This document shows positions 36,739-46,663 of a DNA stretch of 64,000 nucleotides, one piece after another. The first letter of the stretch is position 1. Every line of letters begins with the position of its first letter. Origin of the DNA: a virus; IMG/VR virus record IMGVR_UViG_3300005537_000024, positions 8,562-72,561 of that record; one strand, written 5' to 3'. The position numbers were made by a program, and so were the translations under genes. The notes beneath the pieces are model-generated. The model was not told the origin of the DNA and ran no database searches. It saw nothing but the letters and a program-made list of their open reading frames with translations.

Positions 36739-37848
36739 ATGAACCGCCAAGAAGCTATCGCCGCCTACCAGGCGGACCGGGCGATGCTCCAGCAGAAGGG
36801 CATCATCCTCCCCGGCGTGAAGATGTACCTCCCCGACGAGTGGAAGCACGACTTCCCGCTCGCGATGGACCAGCTCGCGATGGACGCCCCGGCGGGGACG
36901 CTGTCGACGGACCCGAACTCGGCGATCCCGGCGATCCTCACGACGACGATCGACCCGGAGGTCATCAAGGCGATCTTCTCGCCGCTCGAGTTCCCGCAGA
37001 TCCTCGGCGAGCGGAAGGCCGGCGACTGGGTCGAGGACGTGCGGATGTTCCCGATCGTGGAGAGCACCGGCGAGGTCTCGTCCTACGGGGACTTCAACAA
37101 TAGCGGCCGGGCCGGCGTGAACATCAACTGGCCGCAGTTCCAGTCGTACCTCTTCCAGACCATCGTCAAGTACGGCGAGCGCGAGATCGCGCGGGCGGGC
37201 TTGGCGAAGATCTCCTACGTGTCGGAGCTCGGGCTCTCGGCGGCGGACCTGCTCAACCGGTTCCAGAACCTGACCTACGCGTTCGGGGTCCTCAACCTCC
37301 AGAACTACGGGATCATCAACAACCCGTTCCTGTCAGCCTACCTCACGCCGGCGACGAAGGCGGCGGGCGGGACGGCGTGGTTCAACGGCAACACGCCGAA
37401 CGCGACCGCGAACGAGGTCTACAACGACATCATCGCGCTCGTGACCAAGCTGGTCGCGCAGACGAACGGCGCGCTGAACGTCAAGTCGCCGATGACGCTC
37501 GCCATGTCGCCGCAGTCCGAGATCGCGATGACGTTCGCGAACTCGTTCGGCGTGTACGTCTCGGCGCTGCTCGAGAAGGGCTACCCGAACATCAAGGTCA
37601 AGACGGCGCCGCAGTACGGGACGCAGTCGACCACGAACCCGCAGGGCTACTCGACGGCCGGGAACGTGATGCAGCTCATCGCCGACAAGATCCAAGGCCA
37701 GACCGTCGCCTATTGCGCCTTCAACGAGAAGCTCCGCGCGCACAAGATCGTGCCGGAGCTCTCGGCGTGGATGCAGAAGCACACGTCGGGCACGTGGGGA
37801 ACGATCCTGCGGAGCCCGGTCGCCGTGACGGGGATGCTCGGCATCTGA
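36739..37848 (+). CDS. major capsid protein (DUF2184-type)
   Basis: AGGAG RBS; LAMDA, IDP.VI, E.K.GDW, GEVSSYGD, QSY.FQT...GERE, AF.EKLRAH, GTWG. Confidence 0.93.
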   Translation: MNRQEAIAAYQADRAMLQQKGIILPGVKMYLPDEWKHDFPLAMDQLAMDAPAGTLSTDPNSAIPAILTTTIDPEVIKAIFSPLEFPQILGERKAGDWVEDVRMFPIVESTGEVSSYGDFNNSGRAGVNINWPQFQSYLFQTIVKYGEREIARAGLAKISYVSELGLSAADLLNRFQNLTYAFGVLNLQNYGIINNPFLSAYLTPATKAAGGTAWFNGNTPNATANEVYNDIIALVTKLVAQTNGALNVKSPMTLAMSPQSEIAMTFANSFGVYVSALLEKGYPNIKVKTAPQYGTQSTTNPQGYSTAGNVMQLIADKIQGQTVAYCAFNEKLRAHKIVPELSAWMQKHTSGTWGTILRSPVAVTGMLGI

Positions 37849-37971
37849 CCCCTCTCCCCCGGCTGGGGGCGCGCGGCAGGTGCCCTGGACCGTCCCCGCC
37901 CGCGGTCATCGGTTCGGCTAGGCACCTCGTTCAAGCCGCCGGGGCGGGCCGCGCGTGAGGAGTACCTAAGC

Positions 37972-38175
37972 ATGGTCACGAGGCACCCGAGCGGCCGACC
38001 GGTCCGCCCTTCGTCGAGGTCCCAGCGCCGCGACCCCGTCTGGCAGTGCCCGCTCGAGCAGCCGGCCACGCCGAGGCTGCGCGACCCGAAGAAGGCGGAG
38101 CTCGCGCCCGCGATCGGCTTCCACCGCTTCGACTCGACCTACGACCTCGACAGGAGCTGGGCGAAGAAGCGATGA
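37972..38175 (+). CDS. hypothetical protein
   Basis: GAGGAG RBS; short ORF. Confidence 0.35.
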   Translation: MVTRHPSGRPVRPSSRSQRRDPVWQCPLEQPATPRLRDPKKAELAPAIGFHRFDSTYDLDRSWAKKR

Positions 38176-38343
38176 ATGTTTCACGACTATGCGTGCGGTG
38201 CGGCGAGCGACCCGTCGCCGCCGGGCGCTTGACGAACCCGACGCTTTGCCGAGAATGCTGCCTCAAGTCGCGCCGGGCGGCGTCCTCCAAGGGCCGGCGA
38301 ACGCGCAGGCGCATGATCGCCGCCAGGAAAGGAAGCCGAGACC

Positions 38344-38871
38344 ATGCCGTCGCCTAAACCGTCGACCGCCCCCTCCCTCCCGAAGTCGGCGCGGACCGTC
38401 ACGGTCGCCTCGAAGCTGCCGATGACGATCGAGCTCCAGCTATGCCGGCCCGAGACGAAGGCGGTCTCCGGGCGCTACGGCACGGAGAAGGAGACCGTCA
38501 ACGTCAAGCACGGGAAGGTCTACTTCGTCCGCGGGACGGCGCGCCCCTCCGGGACGATCCCGAAGGGCTACCCGAAGGCCCCGGAGATGGTCGAGGGCGC
38601 GGCGCTGACGCCGAACGTGCCGGCCGACTTCTTCGAGGAGTGGCTCGCGCAGAACGCCGACACGGAGATGGTCCGCAACAACATGATCTTCGCGCACTCG
38701 AGCCTCGACCACGTCGAGGGGGTCGCGGCGGAGCACCGGTCGGAGGTCAGCGGCCTGGACCCGATCAACCCCGAGCAGGACGCGAAGGGGGACATGGTCG
38801 ACCGCCGAATCCCGAAGCCGATCGACGCGAACGTCGGGGGCATCCAGACGGCGGACCGCCCGGCGGCCTAG
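38344..38871 (+). CDS. conserved head-region protein
   Basis: VTVA.KLP....L...LT.NVPADFF..WL.QN.....V.N..IFA...SGL.P; usual position after the capsid gene. Confidence 0.75.
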   Translation: MPSPKPSTAPSLPKSARTVTVASKLPMTIELQLCRPETKAVSGRYGTEKETVNVKHGKVYFVRGTARPSGTIPKGYPKAPEMVEGAALTPNVPADFFEEWLAQNADTEMVRNNMIFAHSSLDHVEGVAAEHRSEVSGLDPINPEQDAKGDMVDRRIPKPIDANVGGIQTADRPAA

Positions 38872-38872
38872 C

Positions 38873-39373
38873 ATGGGCAACGGGAGCCAGGGGTCTCCGG
38901 TCGCCTTCAACTACGCGACGTGGGTCGCGTCGTTCCCCGAGCTCGCGAACGTCAACCCCACGCAGGCCGCGATGTACTTCAGCTTCGCGACCCTCTACTT
39001 CGACAACACGGGGGGGTGGCAGTCCGCGCTCGCGCAGGCGCCGGCGCTCCTCAACCTCCTGACCGCGCACATCGCGTTCCTATTCGCCCCGCGCGACGCG
39101 CAGGGCAACCCGTCGTCGACCGGCACGGTGCCGCCCCCGGCCCTCGTCGGCCGCATCTCCTCGGCGACGCAGGGCTCGATCACGGTCCAGGCCGACTACG
39201 AGAGCAACGCCGGGAGCCCGTCGCAGGACTGGTACATGCAGTCGCGCTACGGTGCGGCTTACTGGGGGGCGACGGCGCAGTTCCGCATGGCCCACTACAT
39301 GGGCGGGCAGCAGCGGGCGCGCCGGGCGGCGACGAGCGGCGTCTTCCCCGGCTGGCCGTGGTGGGGGCGATGA
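38873..39373 (+). CDS. head-tail adaptor (DUF4054-like)
   Basis: F......FPE, LL.LL.AHIA.L, VGRISSATQGS..V, W..Q..YGA.YW.AT. Confidence 0.88.
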   Translation: MGNGSQGSPVAFNYATWVASFPELANVNPTQAAMYFSFATLYFDNTGGWQSALAQAPALLNLLTAHIAFLFAPRDAQGNPSSTGTVPPPALVGRISSATQGSITVQADYESNAGSPSQDWYMQSRYGAAYWGATAQFRMAHYMGGQQRARRAATSGVFPGWPWWGR

Positions 39374-39828
39374 CGATCGACGTTCACAAGGTCGTCGACG
39401 CGGCCGCCGAGCAGGAGGTGACGAAGCTCGTCGCCGTCATGTTCCTGAACGAGGCGGGCGGCATGCCGCGCGAGGAGGCGCTCGCCAAGTTCGAGGACGG
39501 CGTGATACTTCTTGCGGACGTGGTCGAGGCGGCGCACAAGCGTCTGACCGAGATCGTTAGCCGGAGTCGAGGGAGAACCGCCGTGGACATCGACATCATC
39601 GAGCGCCGCGTGCGCGAGCTGAGCGAGTGGAAGGACCGGGTCGCGCCGATGCTCGAGGAGGCCCTCAAGCATTGGGAGGACCACGCGGACGAGCGCAGGG
39701 ACAGGCTCAGGGACGCGATCGAGGCCGGGGCCGAAGCCCTCGGCGCGGGCCGGAAGGACGAACCGGCCGCCGAGGCCCGGGACGAGGGCGGGCAGAGAAG
39801 GGACTCGGCGAGCGGCCGGTTCACTTGA
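39370..39828 (+). CDS. hypothetical protein
   Basis: Coupled ORF; ends in RDSASGRFT; may be two genes. Confidence 0.5.
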   Translation: MTIDVHKVVDAAAEQEVTKLVAVMFLNEAGGMPREEALAKFEDGVILLADVVEAAHKRLTEIVSRSRGRTAVDIDIIERRVRELSEWKDRVAPMLEEALKHWEDHADERRDRLRDAIEAGAEALGAGRKDEPAAEARDEGGQRRDSASGRFT

Positions 39829-39911
39829 CCGAGCGGACGCGGGGGACGCTTCGCGGGATAGCAGCGGGGATCGACGCGGTCCTCGCCCAACTCGTTACGA
39901 TGGAGAAGACG

Positions 39912-40163
39912 ATGGTAACCCAAGCACAAGCCGACGCCGACCTCGCGGCCGCCGTGACGGCGCTGACGACGGCGATCACCGCCGAGACGGCCAACGTGAC
40001 CGCGGCGCTCGCCGCGCTCAAGGACGCGAGCGCGGCCAACGACTCGGCGGCGGTCGAGGCCGCGGCGCAGTCGATCACCGCCTCGGTCACGGCGCTCAAC
40101 AACGCGAACGCCGCGATCACGGCCGCGCTCCCGCCGGCCCCGCCGCCCCCCGCCGGGGGCTGA
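39912..40163 (+). CDS. Ala-rich coiled-coil protein
   Basis: GGAG RBS; heptad Ala/Thr pattern. Confidence 0.55.
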   Translation: MVTQAQADADLAAAVTALTTAITAETANVTAALAALKDASAANDSAAVEAAAQSITASVTALNNANAAITAALPPAPPPPAGG

Positions 40164-40164
40164 G

Positions 40165-40359
40165 ATGGCCGAGGAGGCGGAGGCCGCCACGCCGGAGGAG
40201 CAGGAGCGCGCGCGCATGCTCGCGCGGCTCGAGGAGCTCGGACCCGAGCAGGTGCGCAGCATGATGGCGCACGACGGCTTCCCGAGCACCTGGCGGCTCG
40301 GCGTGCACGAGTGGCTCGCCGGCAAGGATCGGAAGGCCGCCAAGCCGAAGGCGGGCTGA
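40165..40359 (+). CDS. hypothetical protein
   Basis: 64-aa ORF, typical codon usage. Confidence 0.5.
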   Translation: MAEEAEAATPEEQERARMLARLEELGPEQVRSMMAHDGFPSTWRLGVHEWLAGKDRKAAKPKAG

Positions 40360-40360
40360 C

Positions 40361-40807
40361 GTGGCGACGATCAGCGGCGGCAAGGTCTTCGAGGCGAAGA
40401 TCCGCGAGCTCGCCGCCAGGGTGTCGCGTCCGGCGCTCCTGCGGGTCGGTTTCCTCGAGAACGCCCGCTACCCGGACGGCAAGCCGGTCGCGATGATCGC
40501 GGCGATCCACAACTGGGGCGCCCCGTCGCGCGGAATCCCGCCGCGGCCGTTCTTCTCGAACATGATCAAGGACAAGCAGGGGGAGTGGCCTGCGGCGATC
40601 GCCGGGCTCCTCCGCGACAACGACTGGGACGCGGAGCGGGCGCTCGACATCGCCGGCGCGGAGATCGCCGGGCAGCTCCGGCAGGCGATCACCGACTTCT
40701 ATGGGGTGCCGCTCAAACCTGCTACGATCGCCCGGAAGGGATTCGACAAGCAGCTGATCGACACCGCCCACATGCTCCAGAGCGTCGACCACGAGGTGCG
40801 AACGTGA
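40361..40807 (+). CDS. neck/tail-completion protein
   Basis: LRVGFLE.A.YPDG.PVA.IAA....G, IPPRPFF, TIARKGFDK.LIDT.HM. Confidence 0.88.
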   Translation: MATISGGKVFEAKIRELAARVSRPALLRVGFLENARYPDGKPVAMIAAIHNWGAPSRGIPPRPFFSNMIKDKQGEWPAAIAGLLRDNDWDAERALDIAGAEIAGQLRQAITDFYGVPLKPATIARKGFDKQLIDTAHMLQSVDHEVRT

Positions 40808-41271
40808 CCAGCGGAGTCGTCTATCGAATCGCGGTCCGAGGTGCTGAGGTCAGGTATTACATCGGGCAGGCGGTCGACTTCGCCAAAAGGAAAAAGAGGC
40901 ACCTTAACGCTCTTAGAGGCGGCTATCATCGAAACGTCGTTCTTCAGAGGCTATTCGACAAGTACGGCGAGGACGCCTTTGCGTTCGAGGTTCTACTAGT
41001 CTGTTCCCGTAAGATGCTTAGCTTCTACGAGCAGATCATCTTGGACAGCTACGGGGACAAGGCCGTGAACATCCGCAAGCTTTGTGTAGATAGCCAATTG
41101 GGCATAAAGCTCTCTCCGGAGTGTCGCGCGAAACTGTCGTCCCAGCGTATCGGAACTAAGCGATCTCTCGGCTATCGACATACTTTAGAAACCAAGGCTC
41201 ACCTTGCGCAAAGGATGCGTGCTATTAGAGCCGAGAGATTCTGGAACCACAAAGGCGAGGTGAAAACATGA
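40804..41271 (+). CDS. GIY-YIG homing endonuclease with NUMOD-like tail
   Basis: SGVVYRI...YYIGQA...R..RH...L..G.H.N..LQ..F.KYGE..F.FEVL; low GC. Confidence 0.88.
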   Translation: MTSGVVYRIAVRGAEVRYYIGQAVDFAKRKKRHLNALRGGYHRNVVLQRLFDKYGEDAFAFEVLLVCSRKMLSFYEQIILDSYGDKAVNIRKLCVDSQLGIKLSPECRAKLSSQRIGTKRSLGYRHTLETKAHLAQRMRAIRAERFWNHKGEVKT

Positions 41272-41912
41272 TCGAGGCTATCAAGAAGCTCATCCCGTCC
41301 GCCGCCGCGGCGCTGCTCGCCGGGACGATCGTCGCCCTCGCCGCCAACACGACCTTCTTCACGTCGATCGGCGACCAGGTTTTCCCGTTCACGGCGCCGA
41401 CGACGAACCCGGCGGCCCCCGGCCTGATCGACAACATGACGATCGGCGCGACGACGCCGGCCGCGGTCAACGCGACGACGCTATCCGCATCCGGCGCGGT
41501 CACGGGCACCGGCTTCACGAACCGCCTGGCGGCGCCGGGGCCGATCGGGAACACGACGCCGAGCACGGGCGCGTTCACGAGCCTGACGGCGAGCGGGCAG
41601 ATCACGTCGACGGCGGGGCTCCCGACGATCGCGAGCGGCGCCTGCGGGGCGACGTCGAACGGCGCGGTCGTGGCGGGAAGCACGAACCAGTCGGGCAACA
41701 TCACGATCGGCGCGGCGGCGACGACGACGTGCACGGTGTCGTTCTCGGCGACGCTCGCGTCGGCGCCTAAGTCGTGCCAGATCGAGCCGACGAACGCGGC
41801 GGCCGCCGCGCAGGGGACGACGGTCGCCTACGTGTCGTCGGTGACGACGGCGGGGTTCGTCATCACCGGGACGGCGCTCGCGAACGCGAACTACGGCTTC
41901 TTGTGCCTCTGA
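41268..41912 (+). CDS. signal-peptide-bearing fibre-like protein
   Basis: IKKLIPSAAAALLAGTIVALA|A; IGATTPAA / IGNTTPSTGAFTSL shaft repeats; 4 Cys in the C-terminal knob. Confidence 0.78.
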   Translation: MIEAIKKLIPSAAAALLAGTIVALAANTTFFTSIGDQVFPFTAPTTNPAAPGLIDNMTIGATTPAAVNATTLSASGAVTGTGFTNRLAAPGPIGNTTPSTGAFTSLTASGQITSTAGLPTIASGACGATSNGAVVAGSTNQSGNITIGAAATTTCTVSFSATLASAPKSCQIEPTNAAAAAQGTTVAYVSSVTTAGFVITGTALANANYGFLCL

Positions 41913-41916
41913 CGCC

Positions 41917-42522
41917 GTGGACCTAAACGCGGTCGCAGGCCCCGTCATCGGGGCGGTCCTCCCGCCCATGCAGGTCACCGTGCAGGTTAGCGCGGGGCAG
42001 GTCCCGAACGCCGCCGGCGACGGCGGCGAGGTCCCGGCCTACGAGACGCCGGGCGCGGTATCCGCGGCCACGATCGCCGGGAACGTCCTCACGGTCTCCG
42101 GGTCGGTCACGGCCGGGGTCCTCGCGGCAGGTCAGACGATCGCCGGACCCGGGGTCGCGCCGGGCACGCTGATCACCGACCAGCTCTCCGGGCCTCCCGG
42201 GGGCGCCGGGACGTACAGCCTCAACAACCAGCAGACGGTCACGCCGGCGGTGGCGATGACGACCTCGCTCGTGCTCAACGGCAGCGTCCAGCCGATGACG
42301 TGGCGGGACCTCCAGCAGCTCGACGGCGTCAACGTCGAGGGCGCGCGCTGGAAGATCTACCTCGAGGGCCAGGTCGACGGCGTGGTCCGGCCGGAGAAGA
42401 AGGGCGGGGACCTCGTCGTGATCTCGAGCGGGCCGCACGCGGGGACGTGGCTCGTCGGGCAGGTCCTCGAGCAGTTCCCGAACTGGGTGTGCGCGGCTAT
42501 AGTCCTCCAGAATCAATTCTGA
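41917..42522 (+). CDS. head closure/neck protein with inserted beta module
   Basis: MDL.......I.AV.P, VQP....DLQQLDG.N, GVVR...KGGDL, WLV..VLE.FP.W. Confidence 0.85.
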   Translation: MDLNAVAGPVIGAVLPPMQVTVQVSAGQVPNAAGDGGEVPAYETPGAVSAATIAGNVLTVSGSVTAGVLAAGQTIAGPGVAPGTLITDQLSGPPGGAGTYSLNNQQTVTPAVAMTTSLVLNGSVQPMTWRDLQQLDGVNVEGARWKIYLEGQVDGVVRPEKKGGDLVVISSGPHAGTWLVGQVLEQFPNWVCAAIVLQNQF

Positions 42523-42532
42523 GGGCCGAGCC

Positions 42533-42745
42533 ATGACCGGTGAACGGGTCGTCCGGATGTTCGACTACGAGCGCAAGTCGCGCGAGCCCGACGCCCAGGG
42601 GGAGGCGCGCGACCCGGCCGACGCGAAGGTCATCGCCTTCCCGAGGAGGGACGTCGAGCCCCCGTGCGACGTCGAGCTCGGCGCGGCGCTCCTGCTCTGC
42701 CCACTCGCCGTCGTCCTCGCGCTCTGCGGGGTCGCCCTCGCATGA
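42533..42745 (+). CDS. hypothetical protein
   Basis: Short ORF with hydrophobic C-terminus. Confidence 0.35.
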   Translation: MTGERVVRMFDYERKSREPDAQGEARDPADAKVIAFPRRDVEPPCDVELGAALLLCPLAVVLALCGVALA

Positions 42746-43968
42746 CCGTGGCGACGTACGCCCAGACCTTCGGCGACGGGTCGAGCACGAACTTCACGAT
42801 CAACCACGGCCTCGGCACGCTCGACGTCCTAGTCGAGGTCTACGTCGTGGCGACCGGGGTGATCGTCCAGCTCTACACGGCGACGATCGTCAACCCCGAC
42901 TCGGTGACGCTGGCGTTCCAGAGCGCGCCGGCGAGCAACAGCCTCCGCGTCGTCGTCGCCGGGTCGACGCCCACGTCCATGTTTGGGCTGGGAGCAATTT
43001 CGGGGATCTCCCCGACGCAGTCGAACGTGCAGGCGGCGCTGAAGTCTTTCATCAACGCGGCGCTCCCGCAGTTCGGCGCCGACGGCAACCCGATCTCCGT
43101 GATCGCGGCCGTCCAGAACCGGGTCCCGCAGCCCTCGGGGACCGACTTCGTCGTCATGAGCCCGTCGCGGATCGACCGGCTCTCGACCAACGTCGACTCG
43201 TACGCCGACGTGAAGATCACGGGCTCGATCGCCCCGGCGGTCGCGACGTTCACGGCGGCGATCGCCGCGCCGACGAGCCCGGGTCCCTCCGTGATGACGG
43301 CGAGCGCGGTGACCGGGACGATCGCGCCCGGGTCGGCGCTCACGGGCGCAGGGATCGAGGCGGGGACGACGATCATCGCGCAGCTCACGGGCACGCCCGG
43401 GGGCGCCGGGACCTACTCCGTGACCCCGCCGCAGGGCGCCCCGTCGACGAGCGCGACGGCCGCCTACGGCCTCCTGACGGCCACGGCGGTCCCGATCGGC
43501 GCGATCTCCGCCGGGGAGGGCCTCTCCGGGGCCAACGTCGCGCCCGGGACGACCGTGACGGGGATCCAGGCCGGGGCCGGGGGGCCGGGGACCTACTACG
43601 TCGCGCCGAGCCAGACGGCCGCGGCGGGGACGATCACGGGCGGCCAGAAGACGATCACGCAGAGCGCGGAGGTCACCGTCCAGCTCGACTTCCACTCGGC
43701 GGGCAACCAGGCGTCGGACTACGCGCAGACGGTCTCGACGCTCCTGCGCGACGAGTTCGGGACGAGCTACTTCTCGCAGCTCCCGACGCCGCTCAACGGC
43801 GTGTCGCCGCTCCACGCGGACGACCCCAAGCACGCGCCGTTCACGAACGAGGCGCAGCAGGTCGAGTGGCGGTGGGTCCTCGACGCGTGCCTCCAGATCT
43901 ACCAGTCGATCGTCGTGCCGCAGGACTTCGCGGACTCCGTGGCGCTCTCGCTCGTCCGCATCGCATAG
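42742..43968 (+). CDS. tail terminator/neck protein with extra N-terminal domain and two inserted beta modules
   Basis: NRVP.P...FVVM, RLSTN, VQLDF, LLRD, PL.ADDP..PF.N..QQ.E.RW, PQDFAD; N-terminal GDG....FTINHGLGT.DV.V.VY. Confidence 0.82.
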   Translation: MTVATYAQTFGDGSSTNFTINHGLGTLDVLVEVYVVATGVIVQLYTATIVNPDSVTLAFQSAPASNSLRVVVAGSTPTSMFGLGAISGISPTQSNVQAALKSFINAALPQFGADGNPISVIAAVQNRVPQPSGTDFVVMSPSRIDRLSTNVDSYADVKITGSIAPAVATFTAAIAAPTSPGPSVMTASAVTGTIAPGSALTGAGIEAGTTIIAQLTGTPGGAGTYSVTPPQGAPSTSATAAYGLLTATAVPIGAISAGEGLSGANVAPGTTVTGIQAGAGGPGTYYVAPSQTAAAGTITGGQKTITQSAEVTVQLDFHSAGNQASDYAQTVSTLLRDEFGTSYFSQLPTPLNGVSPLHADDPKHAPFTNEAQQVEWRWVLDACLQIYQSIVVPQDFADSVALSLVRIA

Positions 43969-44037
43969 TGTCAACCCCGCTGGTTCGTGCTATCCAACCA
44001 GCCGGTGCGCTCCGACTCGGACCGAGGGGAAGCCTGA

Positions 44038-46008
44038 ATGACGACCATTCCCGCCTCTGAGCTCGTCGCCGTAAACCCAAGCGTCGTTGCGGCGTCGGGG
44101 GACGGCCTCGACCTAATCGGCCTGTTCCTGACGCCGAACACGCGGGCGCCGATCGGCTCGGTCCTCAGCTTCCCGACCCAGATCGCGGTCCAGAACTTCT
44201 TCGGCGCGGCGAGCTTCGAAGGCGCGCTGGCGGGGATCTATTTCACCGGCTTCAACGGGGCGACGAAGACCCCCGGCTCGATGCTATTCGTGCAGTACAA
44301 CCAGACCGCCGTCTCGGCCTACCTGCGCGGCGGCAATATCTCGGCGCTCCCGATCGCCACGCTTAACACGTACAACGGGACCCTGAGCGTCACGATCGAC
44401 GGCACGCTCAAGTCGGCGACGGTCAACCTCGCGGCGGCGACGACGTTCTCGAACGCGGCGGAGATCATCGGGCAGTCGCTCGGGATCGAGGGCGCGGCGG
44501 CCGGCGTGTTTACCGGCTCCGTCGGCGGCACGTTTGGCACATGCACGACCTCGGGCACGACGCTGACGCTCGGCACGGTGACGACGGGGAGCCTCTGGCC
44601 CGGCGACACGGTCACCGGCTCGGACGGCACGAACTCGATCAACACGACGATCGTCAAGCAGCTCACCGGCGCGGCCGGCGGAGCGGCCGGGGCGACGTTC
44701 CAGCTCACCGCCGCGGCCTCGCCCGGCAACATGGGCAGCGCGACCGTCACGGCGGTCTCGAGCACGCTCAACGTGACCGGCGTGACCTCGGGCGCGCTCG
44801 CGGTCGCCGACGTGATCTCCGGCACCAATGTTCCCGCGAACACGTACGTCTCGGGGCTCGGGACGGGGACCGGCGGGACCGGGACCTACACCCTCAGCGG
44901 TTCGCAGTTCCGGACGACGGCGGGCGCGGAGACGATCAACGCGTTCACGCCCGGGGTGACGTACGACAGCGTCTCGGGCGCCTTCGTCGTCACCTCCGCG
45001 ACGACCGGGACGACGTCGACGATCACCTTCGGGTCCGGCGCGATGGCGACGAACCTGCTGCTCACGCAGGCGACGGGCGCGACGCTCTCGCAGGGGGCGG
45101 CGGCGAACACCGCGACCACGGTCTCGGGGTTCATGAACGCCATCATCGTGCAGACGACGAACTGGGCGACCTTCACGACGACCTACGACCCGGACGGCGG
45201 CTCGGGGAGCACGATCAAGCAAGCGTTCGCGGCGTGGAAGAACGCGCAGAACAACCGGTACGGCTACGTCGCCTTCGACAACGACCCGACGCCGACGACG
45301 ACGCTCCCGGCGCCCGCGAGCTTCGCCCAGATCCTCACGAACAACAACGACTCGGGGACGATGCCTCAGTGGGCGCCCGACGCGACGACCGGCCCGGAGC
45401 AAACGGCGTTCATCATGGGGACGGTCGCCTCGATCAACTTCAACCAGCCGAACGGGCGGATCACGTTCGCCTACAAGAACCAGGCGGGGCTCACGGCGAC
45501 GGTCACGACCGCGGCCGCGGCGCAGAACCTCCTCGGCAACAACTACAATTTCTACGGCGCGTACGGCGCGGCGGGGAACACGTTCGTCTGGGAGCAGGAC
45601 GGCGGGTGCACCGGCCCCTACAACTGGTTCGACAGCTACGTCAACCAGATCTGGCTCAACAACCTGTGTCAGCAGGCGCTCCTCACGATGATGGGGAACA
45701 ACCTCTCGATCCCGTTCAACTTCGCGGGGGCGAGCCTCATCCACCAGACGCTCGCCGACCCGATCGCCCGGGGTCTCTCCTTCGGCGCTTTCGCGCCCGG
45801 GACGATCTCCTCCGCGGAGATCGCGTCCGTGAACGCGCAGGCGAACGCGAACATCGCGGGCACGCTCCAGTCGCAGGGCTGGTACTTGCAGGTTCTCCAG
45901 CAGAGCGCGGCGGTCCGGAAGACGCGCGGGCCGTGGCTAATCACGCTCTGGTACTTGGACCGCGGCTCGGTGCAGTCGATCGACCTCAGCAGCGTGTTGG
46001 TCCAATAG
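44038..46008 (+). CDS. contractile tail sheath protein (DUF3383-type)
   Basis: TIPAS..V.VNP.V, V..FFG..S.E, YF.GF, AYLRGG, NWATF, GR.TFAYK.Q.GL, YNFYG.Y, D.YVNQIWLN, GWYLQ. Confidence 0.93.
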   Translation: MTTIPASELVAVNPSVVAASGDGLDLIGLFLTPNTRAPIGSVLSFPTQIAVQNFFGAASFEGALAGIYFTGFNGATKTPGSMLFVQYNQTAVSAYLRGGNISALPIATLNTYNGTLSVTIDGTLKSATVNLAAATTFSNAAEIIGQSLGIEGAAAGVFTGSVGGTFGTCTTSGTTLTLGTVTTGSLWPGDTVTGSDGTNSINTTIVKQLTGAAGGAAGATFQLTAAASPGNMGSATVTAVSSTLNVTGVTSGALAVADVISGTNVPANTYVSGLGTGTGGTGTYTLSGSQFRTTAGAETINAFTPGVTYDSVSGAFVVTSATTGTTSTITFGSGAMATNLLLTQATGATLSQGAAANTATTVSGFMNAIIVQTTNWATFTTTYDPDGGSGSTIKQAFAAWKNAQNNRYGYVAFDNDPTPTTTLPAPASFAQILTNNNDSGTMPQWAPDATTGPEQTAFIMGTVASINFNQPNGRITFAYKNQAGLTATVTTAAAAQNLLGNNYNFYGAYGAAGNTFVWEQDGGCTGPYNWFDSYVNQIWLNNLCQQALLTMMGNNLSIPFNFAGASLIHQTLADPIARGLSFGAFAPGTISSAEIASVNAQANANIAGTLQSQGWYLQVLQQSAAVRKTRGPWLITLWYLDRGSVQSIDLSSVLVQ

Positions 46009-46017
46009 GAGCCCTCT

Positions 46018-46449
46018 ATGTCTTTGAGCGCCGCCAACTCGATCATCACGCTCTCGCAGCCGGTCCTGTTCCCCGGCTCGCCGCAGCAGCTCCAGGGCTT
46101 CGGGGCGGACGACGTGACCGACATCGAGGCCGCGAAGATCCTCGAGCACCTGATGGGCGTCGACGGCGTCCTCTCGTTCGGCTTCGTGTGGGTCGAGCGG
46201 ATTCAGGAGATCACGCTCCAGGCCGACTCGGCGTCGAACTCGTTCTTCGACGTGGTCAACGCGCAGCAGGAAGCGGTGCAGGACGTCTACGCGCTGAGCG
46301 GGACCATCCTCCTCCCGTCGCTCGGGCTCAAGTTCACGTGCATCAACGGCGGGCTCGAAAACTACAAGCCCATGCCGAAGGTCCAGAAGATCACCCGGCC
46401 GCGCACGTACCGGATCGTCTGGAACAAGGTCATCCCGTCGCTGAGCTGA
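46018..46449 (+). CDS. tail tube protein
   Basis: AANS.I.L, QLQGF.ADD, MGVDG.LS.GFV, ITLQADS.S; follows the sheath gene. Confidence 0.9.
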   Translation: MSLSAANSIITLSQPVLFPGSPQQLQGFGADDVTDIEAAKILEHLMGVDGVLSFGFVWVERIQEITLQADSASNSFFDVVNAQQEAVQDVYALSGTILLPSLGLKFTCINGGLENYKPMPKVQKITRPRTYRIVWNKVIPSLS

Positions 46450-46453
46450 CCAG

Positions 46454-46663
46454 ATGGCGGACGAGGAGAGCGGCACCTGCCGGTGGTGCGGCGAGGCCCA
46501 CGGCCCACGGTGCCCGTGGGTCAAGGCGGTCGAGTTCAACGCCAAGAACGGGGCGGTCACGCGCGTCGAGTTCATGACGCCGGCCGACTGCGCCGCCCCG
46601 CGCCGCTCCCCCGAGGAGGAGCCCGCCCCCGACTATCCCAGGCTCAAACCGTCGCGAGGTTGA
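46454..46663 (+). CDS. small Cys/His protein
   Basis: C.WCG..H..RCP.VKA.EF. Confidence 0.5.
   Translation: MADEESGTCRWCGEAHGPRCPWVKAVEFNAKNGAVTRVEFMTPADCAAPRRSPEEEPAPDYPRLKPSRG

Noticed and set aside
37849-37960. GC-rich stems after the capsid gene as a terminator
   Set aside because: No convincing stem followed by a U-tract
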